Of a stretch of DNA of 64,000 nt, positions 49,943 through 59,485 are shown one piece after another (the stretch's first letter is position 1; the number at the start of each line of letters is the position of its first letter). This DNA comes from Nitrospinales bacterium (GTDB lineage: Bacteria; Nitrospinota; Nitrospinia; Nitrospinales; VA-1). The notes under the pieces are model-generated. The model was not told the origin of the DNA, searched no databases, and saw nothing but the letters and a program-made list of their open reading frames with translations. A program made the position numbers and the translations under genes. The stretch is taken from the NCBI GenBank assembly GCA_965223345.1, contig CBDCWG010000012.1, positions 2,816,001-2,880,000 on the forward strand, read 5' to 3'.

Positions 49943-50836
49943 AGCGCCGGCCGCGCTTTCCGCCCCTTTGGGCAGAAACCCGGTGGCGCAGCGGAAGCCG
50001 ACGTTTTCGAAGTAGTCGTCCGCCGGCACTTCGGTGCGGTTGAACGCGTAGCGGTAGGCGTCTAGGAAGTAATGCCCGGCTTTCTGGAAAGCGTTGCCGC
50101 GCAGCACCTTGAACTTCGTGCCGAAGCGCGGGTCCTTGAAGTCATTGCCGGGATAGGCGCGGTACCAGTCCTGCGTCCATTCCATCACATTGCCCGCCAT
50201 GTCGAACACCCCGTAGGGGCTTTTGTCCTTCGCATAGCTGCCGACGGCGGCGGTCTTGCGGTCGCCCTCGATCCCCATGTTGGCGATGCCTTTCTCGTAC
50301 ACCTCCCCCCAGGGGTAAGGCTGGCCATCGGCTCCACGCGCCGCTTTCTCCCACTGCGCTTCGCTGGGCAGCTGGCGTCCGGCCCAGGCGCAGTAGGCAA
50401 AGGCTTCGCTCCAGACGATGTTGGTGACGGGGTGATCCTCGAGGCCTTCGGGAAAGGTGTTCTGCTGCCAGTTCATGGGATAGTCCGGAAACTGCGTTTC
50501 CACGATGAAGCGTTTGTACTCTTTGTTGGTGATCTCGTGCCGGTCGATGTAGAACGCGTCCAGTTCGAGCGTGCGCTCGGGATGCTGGTCGAGGTAGAGC
50601 GGCTTGACGGTGCCGATCTTCTGGTGCGTGTTCTCGGTGTCGGTTTTGTCCGTTCCCATAATGAATTGCCCGGCGGGAATCAGGATCAGCTCCTTGCCGT
50701 CGATGGGCGAGACCTTGGTCGCCGGCAGGGTGCCCGCCGCGCCGGGCGCGCAGTCGCAAAGCATTTCCTGGCAACCGGATAGCAGGAGCCACAGGCAAAA
50801 ACCGGCCAATTTCACGTATTTTTTTCTAATTTGCAT
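49937..50836 (-). CDS. Formylglycine-generating enzyme (SUMF1/EgtB/PvdO) family lipoprotein
   Basis: Lipobox LLSGC, IPAGQFIMG, EITN, LPSEAQWEKAARG, DMAGNVMEW, GFRC. Confidence 0.9.
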   Translation of the reverse strand: MQIRKKYVKLAGFCLWLLLSGCQEMLCDCAPGAAGTLPATKVSPIDGKELILIPAGQFIMGTDKTDTENTHQKIGTVKPLYLDQHPERTLELDAFYIDRHEITNKEYKRFIVETQFPDYPMNWQQNTFPEGLEDHPVTNIVWSEAFAYCAWAGRQLPSEAQWEKAARGADGQPYPWGEVYEKGIANMGIEGDRKTAAVGSYAKDKSPYGVFDMAGNVMEWTQDWYRAYPGNDFKDPRFGTKFKVLRGNAFQKAGHYFLDAYRYAFNRTEVPADDYFENVGFRCATGFLPKGAESAAGAS

Positions 50837-50912
50837 GGTCTTCGTAATAGAATGGTGTTTTCCTCCAAAGCGCCGATTTCACCCCGCATGCGGCACGGTA
50901 TCCAGTAACTAT

Positions 50913-52067
50913 ATGAAAAGATTTTGTTTTTTACTAATTTTTTCCCTGTCCCTGTCGGCGGCGACGGCCCGCGCTGCCGGTTTCGAGAAACCCATTTTCG
51001 GCAAAACCCTGGGCAAAGCCTACCCGCACATCCTGAAATCCGATGAATTTTCGCTCAATACGCGCAATATCAAGGTGCTGACCGGGCAGGGGAAATTCCT
51101 CTGGATGGGCACCTCCAACGGGGTGATCCGCTACGACACCACCACCGCCAACGACTACGAGGTGTTCGACAACCAGAACGTGCTGCTTAGCAACGGCATC
51201 TTCGCCATCGTCATGGACCCGCTCAACCGTCCCTGGATCGGCACCTACGGCGGCGGCCTCAGCCATTTCAACGGCACCGGCTGGGTCAACTACAACACGC
51301 CGCAGGGGTTGTGCGACGCGTTCGTCTACGACATCGAATTCACGCAGGACACGATGTGGGTCGCCACCTGGAGCGGCGTGAACCGGGTGCGCGGCGATCT
51401 TTCCAGGCGCGATTCCTGGGAACAGTTCACCGTCAAGAACACGCACGGCGGACTGGTAGACGACTGGGTGTACGCGATCGAAACCGGACCGGACGGGCGA
51501 CTGTGGTTCGGCACCGAATCGGGCCTCTCGATGTTCGACGGCGCGGCGTGGCACAGCTTCGACCACGCAGACGGGCTCGGCGCTCCCTACGAAGCGGTGA
51601 AGCGGGAGAACTCCAGCGTCATGGCCTCGTTTCAGGGATTGCACCACGCCTCGCACATTCCGGACCTGCCGAACGTGCAGTCGCCGGATTACCGTCCCAA
51701 CTACATCGTGTCGATGCTGATGGATCCCAAGGGGCGGCTGTGGATCGGCACCTGGGGCGGCGGGCTCAGCATGCTGGACACGCGCAAGATGGAATTCCGC
51801 AATTTCACAACGGTCGACGGCCTGCCGGGCAACTTCATCCTGGCGCTCGAGGAAGGTCCGGACGGCCAGCTGTGGATCGGTTCGAACGGCGGCCTGAGCC
51901 GTTTCAACGGCCGCAGCTTCACCAACTTCTCCGAGCACAACGGGCTGATCGGCAGCTTCATCTTCAGCATCGAGTTCAGCGACCACGCGCTGTGGGTGGG
52001 CAGCCACCACGGCATGAACCGCCTGCAGCTCGATCCCCTGAGCGGCGACCTGCTCAAAATCCAGTGA
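50913..52067 (+). CDS. Secreted beta-propeller protein (two-component regulator propeller repeats)
   Basis: Signal peptide (ARA) and D..G.LWIGT.GGGLS repeats. ATG at 50913. Confidence 0.85.
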   Translation: MKRFCFLLIFSLSLSAATARAAGFEKPIFGKTLGKAYPHILKSDEFSLNTRNIKVLTGQGKFLWMGTSNGVIRYDTTTANDYEVFDNQNVLLSNGIFAIVMDPLNRPWIGTYGGGLSHFNGTGWVNYNTPQGLCDAFVYDIEFTQDTMWVATWSGVNRVRGDLSRRDSWEQFTVKNTHGGLVDDWVYAIETGPDGRLWFGTESGLSMFDGAAWHSFDHADGLGAPYEAVKRENSSVMASFQGLHHASHIPDLPNVQSPDYRPNYIVSMLMDPKGRLWIGTWGGGLSMLDTRKMEFRNFTTVDGLPGNFILALEEGPDGQLWIGSNGGLSRFNGRSFTNFSEHNGLIGSFIFSIEFSDHALWVGSHHGMNRLQLDPLSGDLLKIQ

Positions 52068-52099
52068 TTTTACAGGGGTTTTGACACCCTCCCCGGCTA

Positions 52100-52148
52100 T
52101 TCACGGATTTTTCATTTAATTTTCACACCCGGTTCACATTCTCTTCTC
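52100..52148 (+). promoter_or_regulatory. Phased cre-tag-like direct repeats (CreB box)
   Basis: TTCAC(52100)-N6-TTCAT(52111)-N6-TTCAC(52122)-N6-TTCAC(52133)-N6-TTCTC(52144). creBC lies in the downstream operon. Confidence 0.8.
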
Positions 52149-52170
52149 ATTGGTTCCGTATTCTCGAACC

Positions 52171-53652
52171 ATGAAAACGAGAACACAGACCCTGTTACCC
52201 CCGAACCACCTGGAACCGGTGCTGCACACCGCCATCGCCGGTCTGTGGCTGCTGCTGTTCTGGCCCAGCCTCAGCTGGCTGTTCACCATGTACGGGCAGC
52301 AGGACAACCTGCTCAACCGAGTTTTGTTTTTCTTCATCCTGCTTTACCTCGCACACCGCTTCGCGCAGCGGCCCGCAGTCGAGCTGCGCTTTTACTTCAA
52401 GACCGCACCCGCTGTGTTTCTCGTTGCCGGGATCGGATCTTACCTGTTCATCGAGCGGTTTGTCGGGCTAAACATCCTTTCCTGCATGGCGTTCGGGCTG
52501 GCCACCTTCGGCCTTGCCGGTCTGTACCTGCCGGTGGCGTCGTGGCTGCGTTCGGCTCCGGCCTTCCTGCTTTTGATCCTGACGCTGCCCTTCGGCCAGC
52601 ATCTGGAAGTGTTTTTCGGGTTTCCGCTGCGCCTGCTGTCGGCGCAGACGATCCAGAGCGCCTTCGCGGCGCTGGGCGTCGATTCGTTTTCGCGCGAATC
52701 CATCCTGCTGATCGAAAACAGGATGACCCACATCGATCTTCCGTGCAGCGGCGTGAAAAGCCTCTGGACGGCGTGCATCTTCTACCTCTTCCTGACCGTG
52801 ATGGAAGGCTACCGGTTGGGGGTCCGCTGGTTGACAGGCCTTATCGCCCTCCTGAGCCTCGTCGTCTGCGCCAACATGGTACGGATCTTCCTGCTGGTCA
52901 GCCTTTCACACGGTGAATTTCCCGACACGCTGGGTCAGTCGGTCCACATCCCTCTGGGACTGAGCGGATTCGCACTGGCCTGCGGCATCGTCGCCTATTT
53001 CGGTTCGCGGTGGATCTCCCGGTTCAGTAAAGAACCTCCTGTTTTTGGCCACCCTTCCTGCCCTGCCCAGGGGTTGGTTCTGCTGCTGATTCTGGGGATT
53101 TCCCTTTGGGCTCACGAGCAGCGTCTCCCAGACCCTGCCGGCCCCGCGAACCGCCCCCTCCTCTCCTTTCCCGGCGCGCAGCCTCTGCCGCTGACGCGCC
53201 AGGAGACGCAGTTTTTCTCCGAGCAATCCGGAGCCGCCACCCAGAAACTTCGTTTTGAGTATCGAGGGCTTTCCGGAACCCTCTTTCTGGTGCAGAGCGC
53301 CAACTGGCGCGCGCACCACCATCCGGAGCAATGCGTCGAAGGTCAAGGACACGCCGTCGGCCATTCCCGCACCCGGTTCATCGATCGCGAATTTCCCTAC
53401 CGGCTGGTCGCACTGAGACAAGGCGGGTACCGGGCGGTCTACTGGTTTCACTCACAGGGACGCGTCACCGACGACTACACGGCGCGCACCTGGTCGGGAA
53501 TCCGCGAGCCGGGACGGGAATGGACGATGGTGACGCTTTACTTCGACCGCAACGTCGCCCACAAACTCGACGAGGTGGACCGCCTGCAGCGGTTCATCCG
53601 CGATCAGCTCGATTCTAAATCCCAACCCGAGACCCTGGAGATCCCGCTATGA
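52171..53652 (+). CDS. xrtO: Exosortase O
   Basis: Multi-TM protein with triad Cys (HIDLPCSGVKSL), Arg (ANMVRI) and His (VHIPLG). EpsI-like HHPEQC C-terminal domain. Adjacent to a PEP-CTERM target. Confidence 0.85.
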   Translation: MKTRTQTLLPPNHLEPVLHTAIAGLWLLLFWPSLSWLFTMYGQQDNLLNRVLFFFILLYLAHRFAQRPAVELRFYFKTAPAVFLVAGIGSYLFIERFVGLNILSCMAFGLATFGLAGLYLPVASWLRSAPAFLLLILTLPFGQHLEVFFGFPLRLLSAQTIQSAFAALGVDSFSRESILLIENRMTHIDLPCSGVKSLWTACIFYLFLTVMEGYRLGVRWLTGLIALLSLVVCANMVRIFLLVSLSHGEFPDTLGQSVHIPLGLSGFALACGIVAYFGSRWISRFSKEPPVFGHPSCPAQGLVLLLILGISLWAHEQRLPDPAGPANRPLLSFPGAQPLPLTRQETQFFSEQSGAATQKLRFEYRGLSGTLFLVQSANWRAHHHPEQCVEGQGHAVGHSRTRFIDREFPYRLVALRQGGYRAVYWFHSQGRVTDDYTARTWSGIREPGREWTMVTLYFDRNVAHKLDEVDRLQRFIRDQLDSKSQPETLEIPL

Positions 53653-56510
53653 ACCGCCCCACCGTCACCCCGACCCTGCCGCAACCGCAAGTTCCCGTGC
53701 AGCCGCAAACCAAACCTGAGCGCAAAGACCGGGGACCCTGGATTCCCAGAATCCAGAAAGCCCTGTTCTGGTCGTGGAACTGGCTGTTTCTGCTGTTCAT
53801 CTTCTTCGGCGTGGTGCCGGTGATGGGGCTTTCGATCCTGTCCGGTTTCACGCGCGGTGAGGTGAACCTGGATTTTTTCCTGTTCTTCACGTCGCTGGCG
53901 ATTCTGATTCCCGCCGCCTGCTGGACCGGCTTCACAAAATTCCGCCACGACCCGCAGGCGCTGTTCCGCATCCTCTACGGGGTGGAGGTGCCGCTTCTGC
54001 TGCTGACGGCTTTCCGGGTGATCTTCATTCGCGAGATGAACCCCGGCGTCGTGCACCTGCTTTCGGTGTTCGCGCTGGGTTCGATCGCGTTTCTGGCGAC
54101 GCTGTACAAACGACCCGCTCCCTCCGGCGCGCTCGGCAACGGCGTCCAGCTGGCGGGGACGGCGCTGTTTTTCTGGTGCGCGTTGTGGGTGTTCGGCTTC
54201 CTGGCCTTCCTCGCGCCGCCCACCGGCTGGAACACGCTGGTCTTTATCGGGAAAGTCTTCGTGGAAATGCCGTCGCTGCTGTTTCGCTGCCCGGACTGCA
54301 ACCCGATCATGATGCTCCCCTCGATGTTCACCGCGACGTTTTTCTTCCTTGCGGGGTCGGCTCTGATTGCCTACACGGCGAGCCTGTTCGCCGCCCTGCC
54401 CTTCGTGTACGTCTATCTGGGAACCACGGCCTTCAAGCAGACCTTCACAGCCAACTGGCGGGCGGGCCGCCGCAAACTGGCGCTCGCGGTGACGATCGCG
54501 GTGCTTGTGGCAAACACCGGCCTGTTTGTTGCGGTCAACCAGCAGCATCACGCGGGCACGCTGGAGAAGCTACAGGCGTTCGACGGCAGTGAAGCCGCGA
54601 AACGCGAATTGCTGGTAGATTCGGCCGCGCTGCGGCAGGAACTGACGGACATCTATCTCAGCCCCTACCGCTACCTCGGCGATGCGGACCGCAGCAACAG
54701 CATGCAGGCGCTGTACAAAAAAACCTTCGGCCTGTCGCGCAACACCACCGAGCCGATTCAGAATTTTTTCAACGCGATGGCCGCCCCCCTGCTCTATTCC
54801 GGCTCGGGAGCCGGCATGGCGCAGGATCAGAAAGAAGCGGAACGGCTGTACGAGTGGTTTTTCGACATCACCATCCAGGAAGGCGAGCGCGAAGCCCTGC
54901 GGCACGCCCTGAAAGCGACCTATTCGCGCGAGCAGCGCGACGCGGGCCTGATCAACATCGACAACAAAAAGGTGCACCTGGAAAAACAGACCGTGAACCG
55001 GGTCGAGTACGGCGACTGGGCGGAGATCGAGATCCACGAGACCTACGTCAACCAGGGACCGCGGCAGGAAGAAGTGTTCTACCATTTCGCGATGCCGGAA
55101 AATTCGGTGATCACCGGCGTGTGGCTGGGCGAGAACGAATCGCACCGCTTCCGCTTCCAGGTAGCTTCGCGCGGCGCGGCGCAGAAAGTCTACAAGCGCA
55201 TTCAGCAGCAGCGCCAGGACCCGGCGCTTTTGGAGCAGGTCGGCCCCAATCTTTACCGCCTGCGCGTGTTTCCGGTGCCGGGCAACCGGTTCGATGCGTT
55301 CGCCGATTCGCGGGAAAGAAAGATGCACCTCTGGTGGACGTTCAAGGTGATGCGCGGTGAACAGGGCTGGCCGATGCCGCAACTGATCGAGAAGCGCAAC
55401 GTGTACTGGGATTCGGGGACCGAGTGGAACGGGAAACGGCTCAGCAAATCCAAAACACGATGGCTGCCGCAGGACCTGTCCTTTGCGGACGCGGTTCCCT
55501 CGGGCACGCTGAGCGCCGTCGTGGCGGACGGGGTGGAAATCCGCGCCAGCGAATTCCAACCGGCGGATTTTCCCTCGCGCAAATCCGGCAAATTTGCCCT
55601 GGTGCTGGAGACCTCCTACAGCATGGGACAGCTGCGCGGCGCGCTGCGGGAACTCAAGACCCGGCTTGCAAGCGATCCCCGGCTGACGCGCCACGACTGG
55701 GATTTTTTCCGGCTCGGTCACAGAAACGAAGAGGTGGCGTCGCTGGATGAGCTGTTCACAGATGAAGCGACCTATTTCGGTGCCATCGACGCGGCGGACA
55801 TCCTGGCGCGCTTCGACGCTCTCAAGCAGGGGCGCGCGTACGACGGGGTGATCGTTCTGACAGACCGGTCTTCCTTCAAGGAAAAAGAGCGGACTGGAAA
55901 CAGTGCCTTGAACGGCGGGCCGGTCTGGTTTTACATGCTGGACGGAAACCACCCGCGCGTTACCGGCGACGGTTTGATGCGCGGCCTCATCGCAACGGGC
56001 GGCGGCCTGGAGACCGGCTGGAACCGGCTGATGCACAAAATCGACTTCGCTCCGCAGGGCAAGGTGATCGCCCTGGATCACCGCTACGTGTGGACGCGGC
56101 ACGCCACCATGGGCAAACCGGAGCCCCGGAACGGTTTCGAGGATCTGGCCGCGGCGCAGTACATCCGCCATCTCATGAAAAAAACCGGCGCGGAAGAAAC
56201 GAACCGGGCTATACTCCCTCTCCACGAACTCGCGCGCAGCCACGAGATCGTCACGCCCTATTCTTCGATGATCGTTCTGGTCAATCAGGGGCAAAAGGAC
56301 ATGCTGAAGGAGGCGGAAAAAGACGCCGGCCGTTTCCAGCGCGACATGGAGACCGGCCAGGAGATCCTCTCCGCGCCTAACAAACCGTTTGAAGTGTCTG
56401 CGGTTCCGGAACCGGAGGAATGGGCGCTCATCGGCATCGTCTTGACACTGCTTCTGCACCGGTTGTATAGAAACAGGGAGAGCGCGGGCTTTCAGCGGGC
56501 GGCGTTTTGA
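53649..56510 (+). CDS. PEP-CTERM integral membrane protein with VIT domain (TIGR02921-like)
   Basis: LFWSWN, multiple TMs, VIT (EVFYHFAMPENSVITGVWLG, RGAAQKVY, DPALLEQVGP), VTPYSSMIVLVN, VPEPEEW plus TM and basic tail. Confidence 0.9.
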   Translation: MNRPTVTPTLPQPQVPVQPQTKPERKDRGPWIPRIQKALFWSWNWLFLLFIFFGVVPVMGLSILSGFTRGEVNLDFFLFFTSLAILIPAACWTGFTKFRHDPQALFRILYGVEVPLLLLTAFRVIFIREMNPGVVHLLSVFALGSIAFLATLYKRPAPSGALGNGVQLAGTALFFWCALWVFGFLAFLAPPTGWNTLVFIGKVFVEMPSLLFRCPDCNPIMMLPSMFTATFFFLAGSALIAYTASLFAALPFVYVYLGTTAFKQTFTANWRAGRRKLALAVTIAVLVANTGLFVAVNQQHHAGTLEKLQAFDGSEAAKRELLVDSAALRQELTDIYLSPYRYLGDADRSNSMQALYKKTFGLSRNTTEPIQNFFNAMAAPLLYSGSGAGMAQDQKEAERLYEWFFDITIQEGEREALRHALKATYSREQRDAGLINIDNKKVHLEKQTVNRVEYGDWAEIEIHETYVNQGPRQEEVFYHFAMPENSVITGVWLGENESHRFRFQVASRGAAQKVYKRIQQQRQDPALLEQVGPNLYRLRVFPVPGNRFDAFADSRERKMHLWWTFKVMRGEQGWPMPQLIEKRNVYWDSGTEWNGKRLSKSKTRWLPQDLSFADAVPSGTLSAVVADGVEIRASEFQPADFPSRKSGKFALVLETSYSMGQLRGALRELKTRLASDPRLTRHDWDFFRLGHRNEEVASLDELFTDEATYFGAIDAADILARFDALKQGRAYDGVIVLTDRSSFKEKERTGNSALNGGPVWFYMLDGNHPRVTGDGLMRGLIATGGGLETGWNRLMHKIDFAPQGKVIALDHRYVWTRHATMGKPEPRNGFEDLAAAQYIRHLMKKTGAEETNRAILPLHELARSHEIVTPYSSMIVLVNQGQKDMLKEAEKDAGRFQRDMETGQEILSAPNKPFEVSAVPEPEEWALIGIVLTLLLHRLYRNRESAGFQRAAF

Positions 56511-56561
56511 ACCATGCGGCTCAGCCTGAATTTTCTCAAACGCATCGGGGACCTTCTATCC

Positions 56562-57251
56562 ATGAGCGCGAAAAAAATTCTGGTCATCGAGGACGAGCCT
56601 TCCATCGCCGACGGCATCGTGTACGCCCTGGAAACGGAAGGCTTTCAGGTCACCTGGAAATCCAAGGGCCTGGAAGGCATGCAGGCGTTCAAGGAGGACG
56701 GCGCGGATTTGATCCTGCTGGATGTCGGGCTGCCGGATTCCAACGGCTTCGAGCTGTGCAAGGAGATCCGCACGCTGTCCAACGTCCCGGTGGTGTTCCT
56801 GACCGCCCGCCGCGAGGAGGTGGACTGCGTGGTGGGGCTGGAGATCGGCGCGGACGATTACGTGTCCAAACCGTTCAGCCCGCGCGAACTGTCCGCGCGC
56901 ATCAAGAGCATCCTGCGGCGCACGCAGGGATCGCCGGAAGAGACGACGCCATCCTCCAGCGGGCCGTTCGCGGTGGACGCGGAGCGCTTTCTCATCACCT
57001 ACTACGGCGAAAAACTCGACCTCTCGCGCTACGAGTACCGGCTGCTCAAGGTGCTGATCGACCGTCCGGGCAAGGTGTACTCGCGCGATCAATTGATGGA
57101 GATCGTCTGGGACGACGCCGGGGCCAGCCTCGACCGCACGGTGGACGCGCACATCAAATCCCTGCGGTCGAAGCTGAAGGCGGTGAAGGGGAGCCTCGAT
57201 CCGATCATGACGCACCGGGGCATCGGCTACTCGCTGAAGGACGACCTGTGA
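56562..57251 (+). CDS. creB: Two-component response regulator CreB
   Basis: EDEPSIAD, LDVGLPD..GFE, LSRYEYRLL, DRTVDAHIKSLR, THRG.GYSL. Adjacent to creC. Confidence 0.9.
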   Translation: MSAKKILVIEDEPSIADGIVYALETEGFQVTWKSKGLEGMQAFKEDGADLILLDVGLPDSNGFELCKEIRTLSNVPVVFLTARREEVDCVVGLEIGADDYVSKPFSPRELSARIKSILRRTQGSPEETTPSSSGPFAVDAERFLITYYGEKLDLSRYEYRLLKVLIDRPGKVYSRDQLMEIVWDDAGASLDRTVDAHIKSLRSKLKAVKGSLDPIMTHRGIGYSLKDDL

Positions 57252-58678
57252 GCATCCGCCGCCGCATCATTCTGAGCTACATCGCGATCCTCGGCATCTC
57301 CTGCACGCTGATCATCTACCTGACGCTGCAGGACCTGGTGCCGCGCTACTCGGAGGCGGTGGAGGAAACGCTGGTGGACACCTCGCAGATCCTGGCGCAC
57401 CTGATCGCCTCGCAGTCGGACGGCAACAGCATCAATTTTTCCTTTCTGGAGAACACGTTCGCCTCGCTGGAAACGGACCGGTTCCGCGCCGACATCTACG
57501 GCCGCGTGAAGACCTCCTCCGACCTGCGCATCTACGTGACCGACTCGAAAGGCATTCTTTTATACGATTCGCAGAAGATCCACCCGCCGGGCACCAATTA
57601 TTCGCTGTGGAACGATGTGTTTCTGACGCTGCAGGGAAAATACGGCGCGCGCTCGACGCGGCTCGACCCGGAGGACAATGCCACCGGCGTTCAGTACGTG
57701 GGCGCGCCGATCAAGAAGAACGGCGAGATCATCGGCGTCGTCACGGTGGCGAAGCCGAAGCGCAGCGTCGCGGTTTTCGTCGAGGTGGCGAAGCGGCGCT
57801 TCATCATGACGGTGTTCTGGATCGCGCTGATGGTGGTGATCGTCGGCGTGCTGCTTTCCGGCTGGATCACCCGCCCGATCGAGAAACTCATCGCCTACGC
57901 GCGCTCGGTGCAGAAAGGCGACAAGGCCCAGCTGCCGCAACTGGAGAAGAACGAACTGGGGGCCATGGGCAAGGCGCTGGAGGACATGCGCCTGCAGCTG
58001 GATGGCAAGCAGTACGTGGAAAACTACATCCAGACGCTGACGCACGAGATCAAGAGCCCGCTGTCGGCGATCCGCGGGGCTTCGGAACTGCTGACCGAGG
58101 AGATGCCCGCCAAGAACCGCAAAACGTTTCTCGACAACATCCAGGTGGAATCGCGCCGTTTGCAGGACATCGTCAACCGCCTGCTGGAACTGTCGGCGCT
58201 GGAACGCAAAAGCAGCCTGGTGGACAAGCGCGAGATCGAACTGAACTTTCTCATCGAGGAGGTGATCGCCTCGTTCGAACCGCAACTGAAGAAAAAGGAA
58301 ATCGAAATTCACCGGGAACGCGATGGCGAGGAGTTCATCCACGGCGACCGCTTTCTCATCCGCCACGCGCTGGCGAACCTGCTGCAGAACGCCATCGAGT
58401 TCAGTCCGGAAAAAGGACGCATCGAACTGTCGCTGGAGAAGCCATCGCTGGAATCAGTGACGCTGTCGGTGCGGGACCACGGTACGGGCATTCCCGAATT
58501 CGCGCTGGAAAGGATTTTCGACCGGTTCTATTCGCTGGAGCGCCCGGAAACGGGCAAGAAAAGCTCCGGGCTGGGGCTCTCCTTCGTGAAGGAAGTGGTG
58601 CAGCTGCACAACGGGACCATCGAGATCCAGAACATGAAATCGGGGATTCTCGCCCGCATGACCTTTCCGGCCACCTGA
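57248..58678 (+). CDS. creC: Sensor histidine kinase CreC
   Basis: GTG start overlapping the creB stop. EETLVDT, RIYVTD..G..LYDS, WNDVFLTL.GKYGARST, YVENYIQTLTHEIKSPL, KSSGLGLSFV. Confidence 0.93.
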   Translation: MSIRRRIILSYIAILGISCTLIIYLTLQDLVPRYSEAVEETLVDTSQILAHLIASQSDGNSINFSFLENTFASLETDRFRADIYGRVKTSSDLRIYVTDSKGILLYDSQKIHPPGTNYSLWNDVFLTLQGKYGARSTRLDPEDNATGVQYVGAPIKKNGEIIGVVTVAKPKRSVAVFVEVAKRRFIMTVFWIALMVVIVGVLLSGWITRPIEKLIAYARSVQKGDKAQLPQLEKNELGAMGKALEDMRLQLDGKQYVENYIQTLTHEIKSPLSAIRGASELLTEEMPAKNRKTFLDNIQVESRRLQDIVNRLLELSALERKSSLVDKREIELNFLIEEVIASFEPQLKKKEIEIHRERDGEEFIHGDRFLIRHALANLLQNAIEFSPEKGRIELSLEKPSLESVTLSVRDHGTGIPEFALERIFDRFYSLERPETGKKSSGLGLSFVKEVVQLHNGTIEIQNMKSGILARMTFPAT

Positions 58679-58720
58679 GCGCAAGCCCGAGGTCCCGGCC
58701 GCACCGGCCCCCCGGAAACT

Positions 58721-58999
58721 CTAAAAATCGTCGTCGTCTTCGCCTTCGATCATCTCTTCGACTTCCGCCTGTTCGGCTTCGTCGATCATCTGCTTGATCT
58801 GCTCGTATCCGGTAGCGAGTCTCTGAATATTGATCAGCAGCGTGACCAGCTCCGTGTCGGGGGTTTCCCGCATGCCCGCGACCAGAGCACCGCGTTCGTC
58901 GTCTCCGTATTTTTCATCCCAGCGATCGAAGGTGGACAGGATTTTATCCTTGCAATGGAACAGATCGTAAAAAAAACTCTGAACTTCAATTTTCGGCAT
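58721..58999 (-). CDS. Small helical hypothetical protein with acidic tail
   Basis: ATG 58999 after a GAGGAAG RBS. 92 aa ending EGEDDDDF. Confidence 0.7.
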   Translation of the reverse strand: MPKIEVQSFFYDLFHCKDKILSTFDRWDEKYGDDERGALVAGMRETPDTELVTLLINIQRLATGYEQIKQMIDEAEQAEVEEMIEGEDDDDF

Positions 59000-59246
59000 G
59001 TTCTTCCTCGTTAAAACTTGTCTACGCGGCGGCGATGGCGTTGCTCCGCTGTCCCGCCCGGGTTCGTTCTCAGCCCGGCCCGCACGATTCCGTACCGGCG
59101 AGCGCCTGTTTTTAAACTTCAATGGGCGGTGCCGTCGCCTCCGTTACTATACCGTGCACTCCGGATAAAGGGAAACGGGAAACACGCGTCCAAAAGAATT
59201 CGACAACTCCACGTAAAATATTTTTACTCCCCGTATCGATATTCGA

Positions 59247-59275
59247 TTGACAAAATGACGTCCGGCCCCTATTTT
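59247..59275 (+). promoter_or_regulatory. Putative sigma70 promoter of the giant YD gene
   Basis: TTGACA-N17-TATTTT in an AT-rich region. Confidence 0.5.
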
Positions 59276-59485
59276 AGGCATTCGGAATTTAATATCCGCA
59301 TAAATATAGTTTCCCGATCACAGACTGACAGGTAAGCCTATATTATTAAACAAATAAATTACAAGTGAAGCGGCATCCCGCTTCCCACGTTCTTTCTGCG
59401 CCCATATATATCGGATTTCGGATATTTTATTTTCGCGTCGATCCCGATCCATCCCTGTTCTCACCCATTCTCAGAGGCCGCAGCC

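Noticed and set aside
52100..52148. CRISPR array or iteron interpretation of the short repeats
   Set aside because: Units are 5 bp with 6-bp spacers, and there are no cas or rep genes. The pattern fits an OmpR-family operator.
56507..58678. 723-aa hybrid CreB-CreC ORF
   Set aside because: Its N-terminal part is an off-frame reading of creB. CreC starts at GTG 57248. The 20088..21701 ORF is the same kind of artefact for batB.
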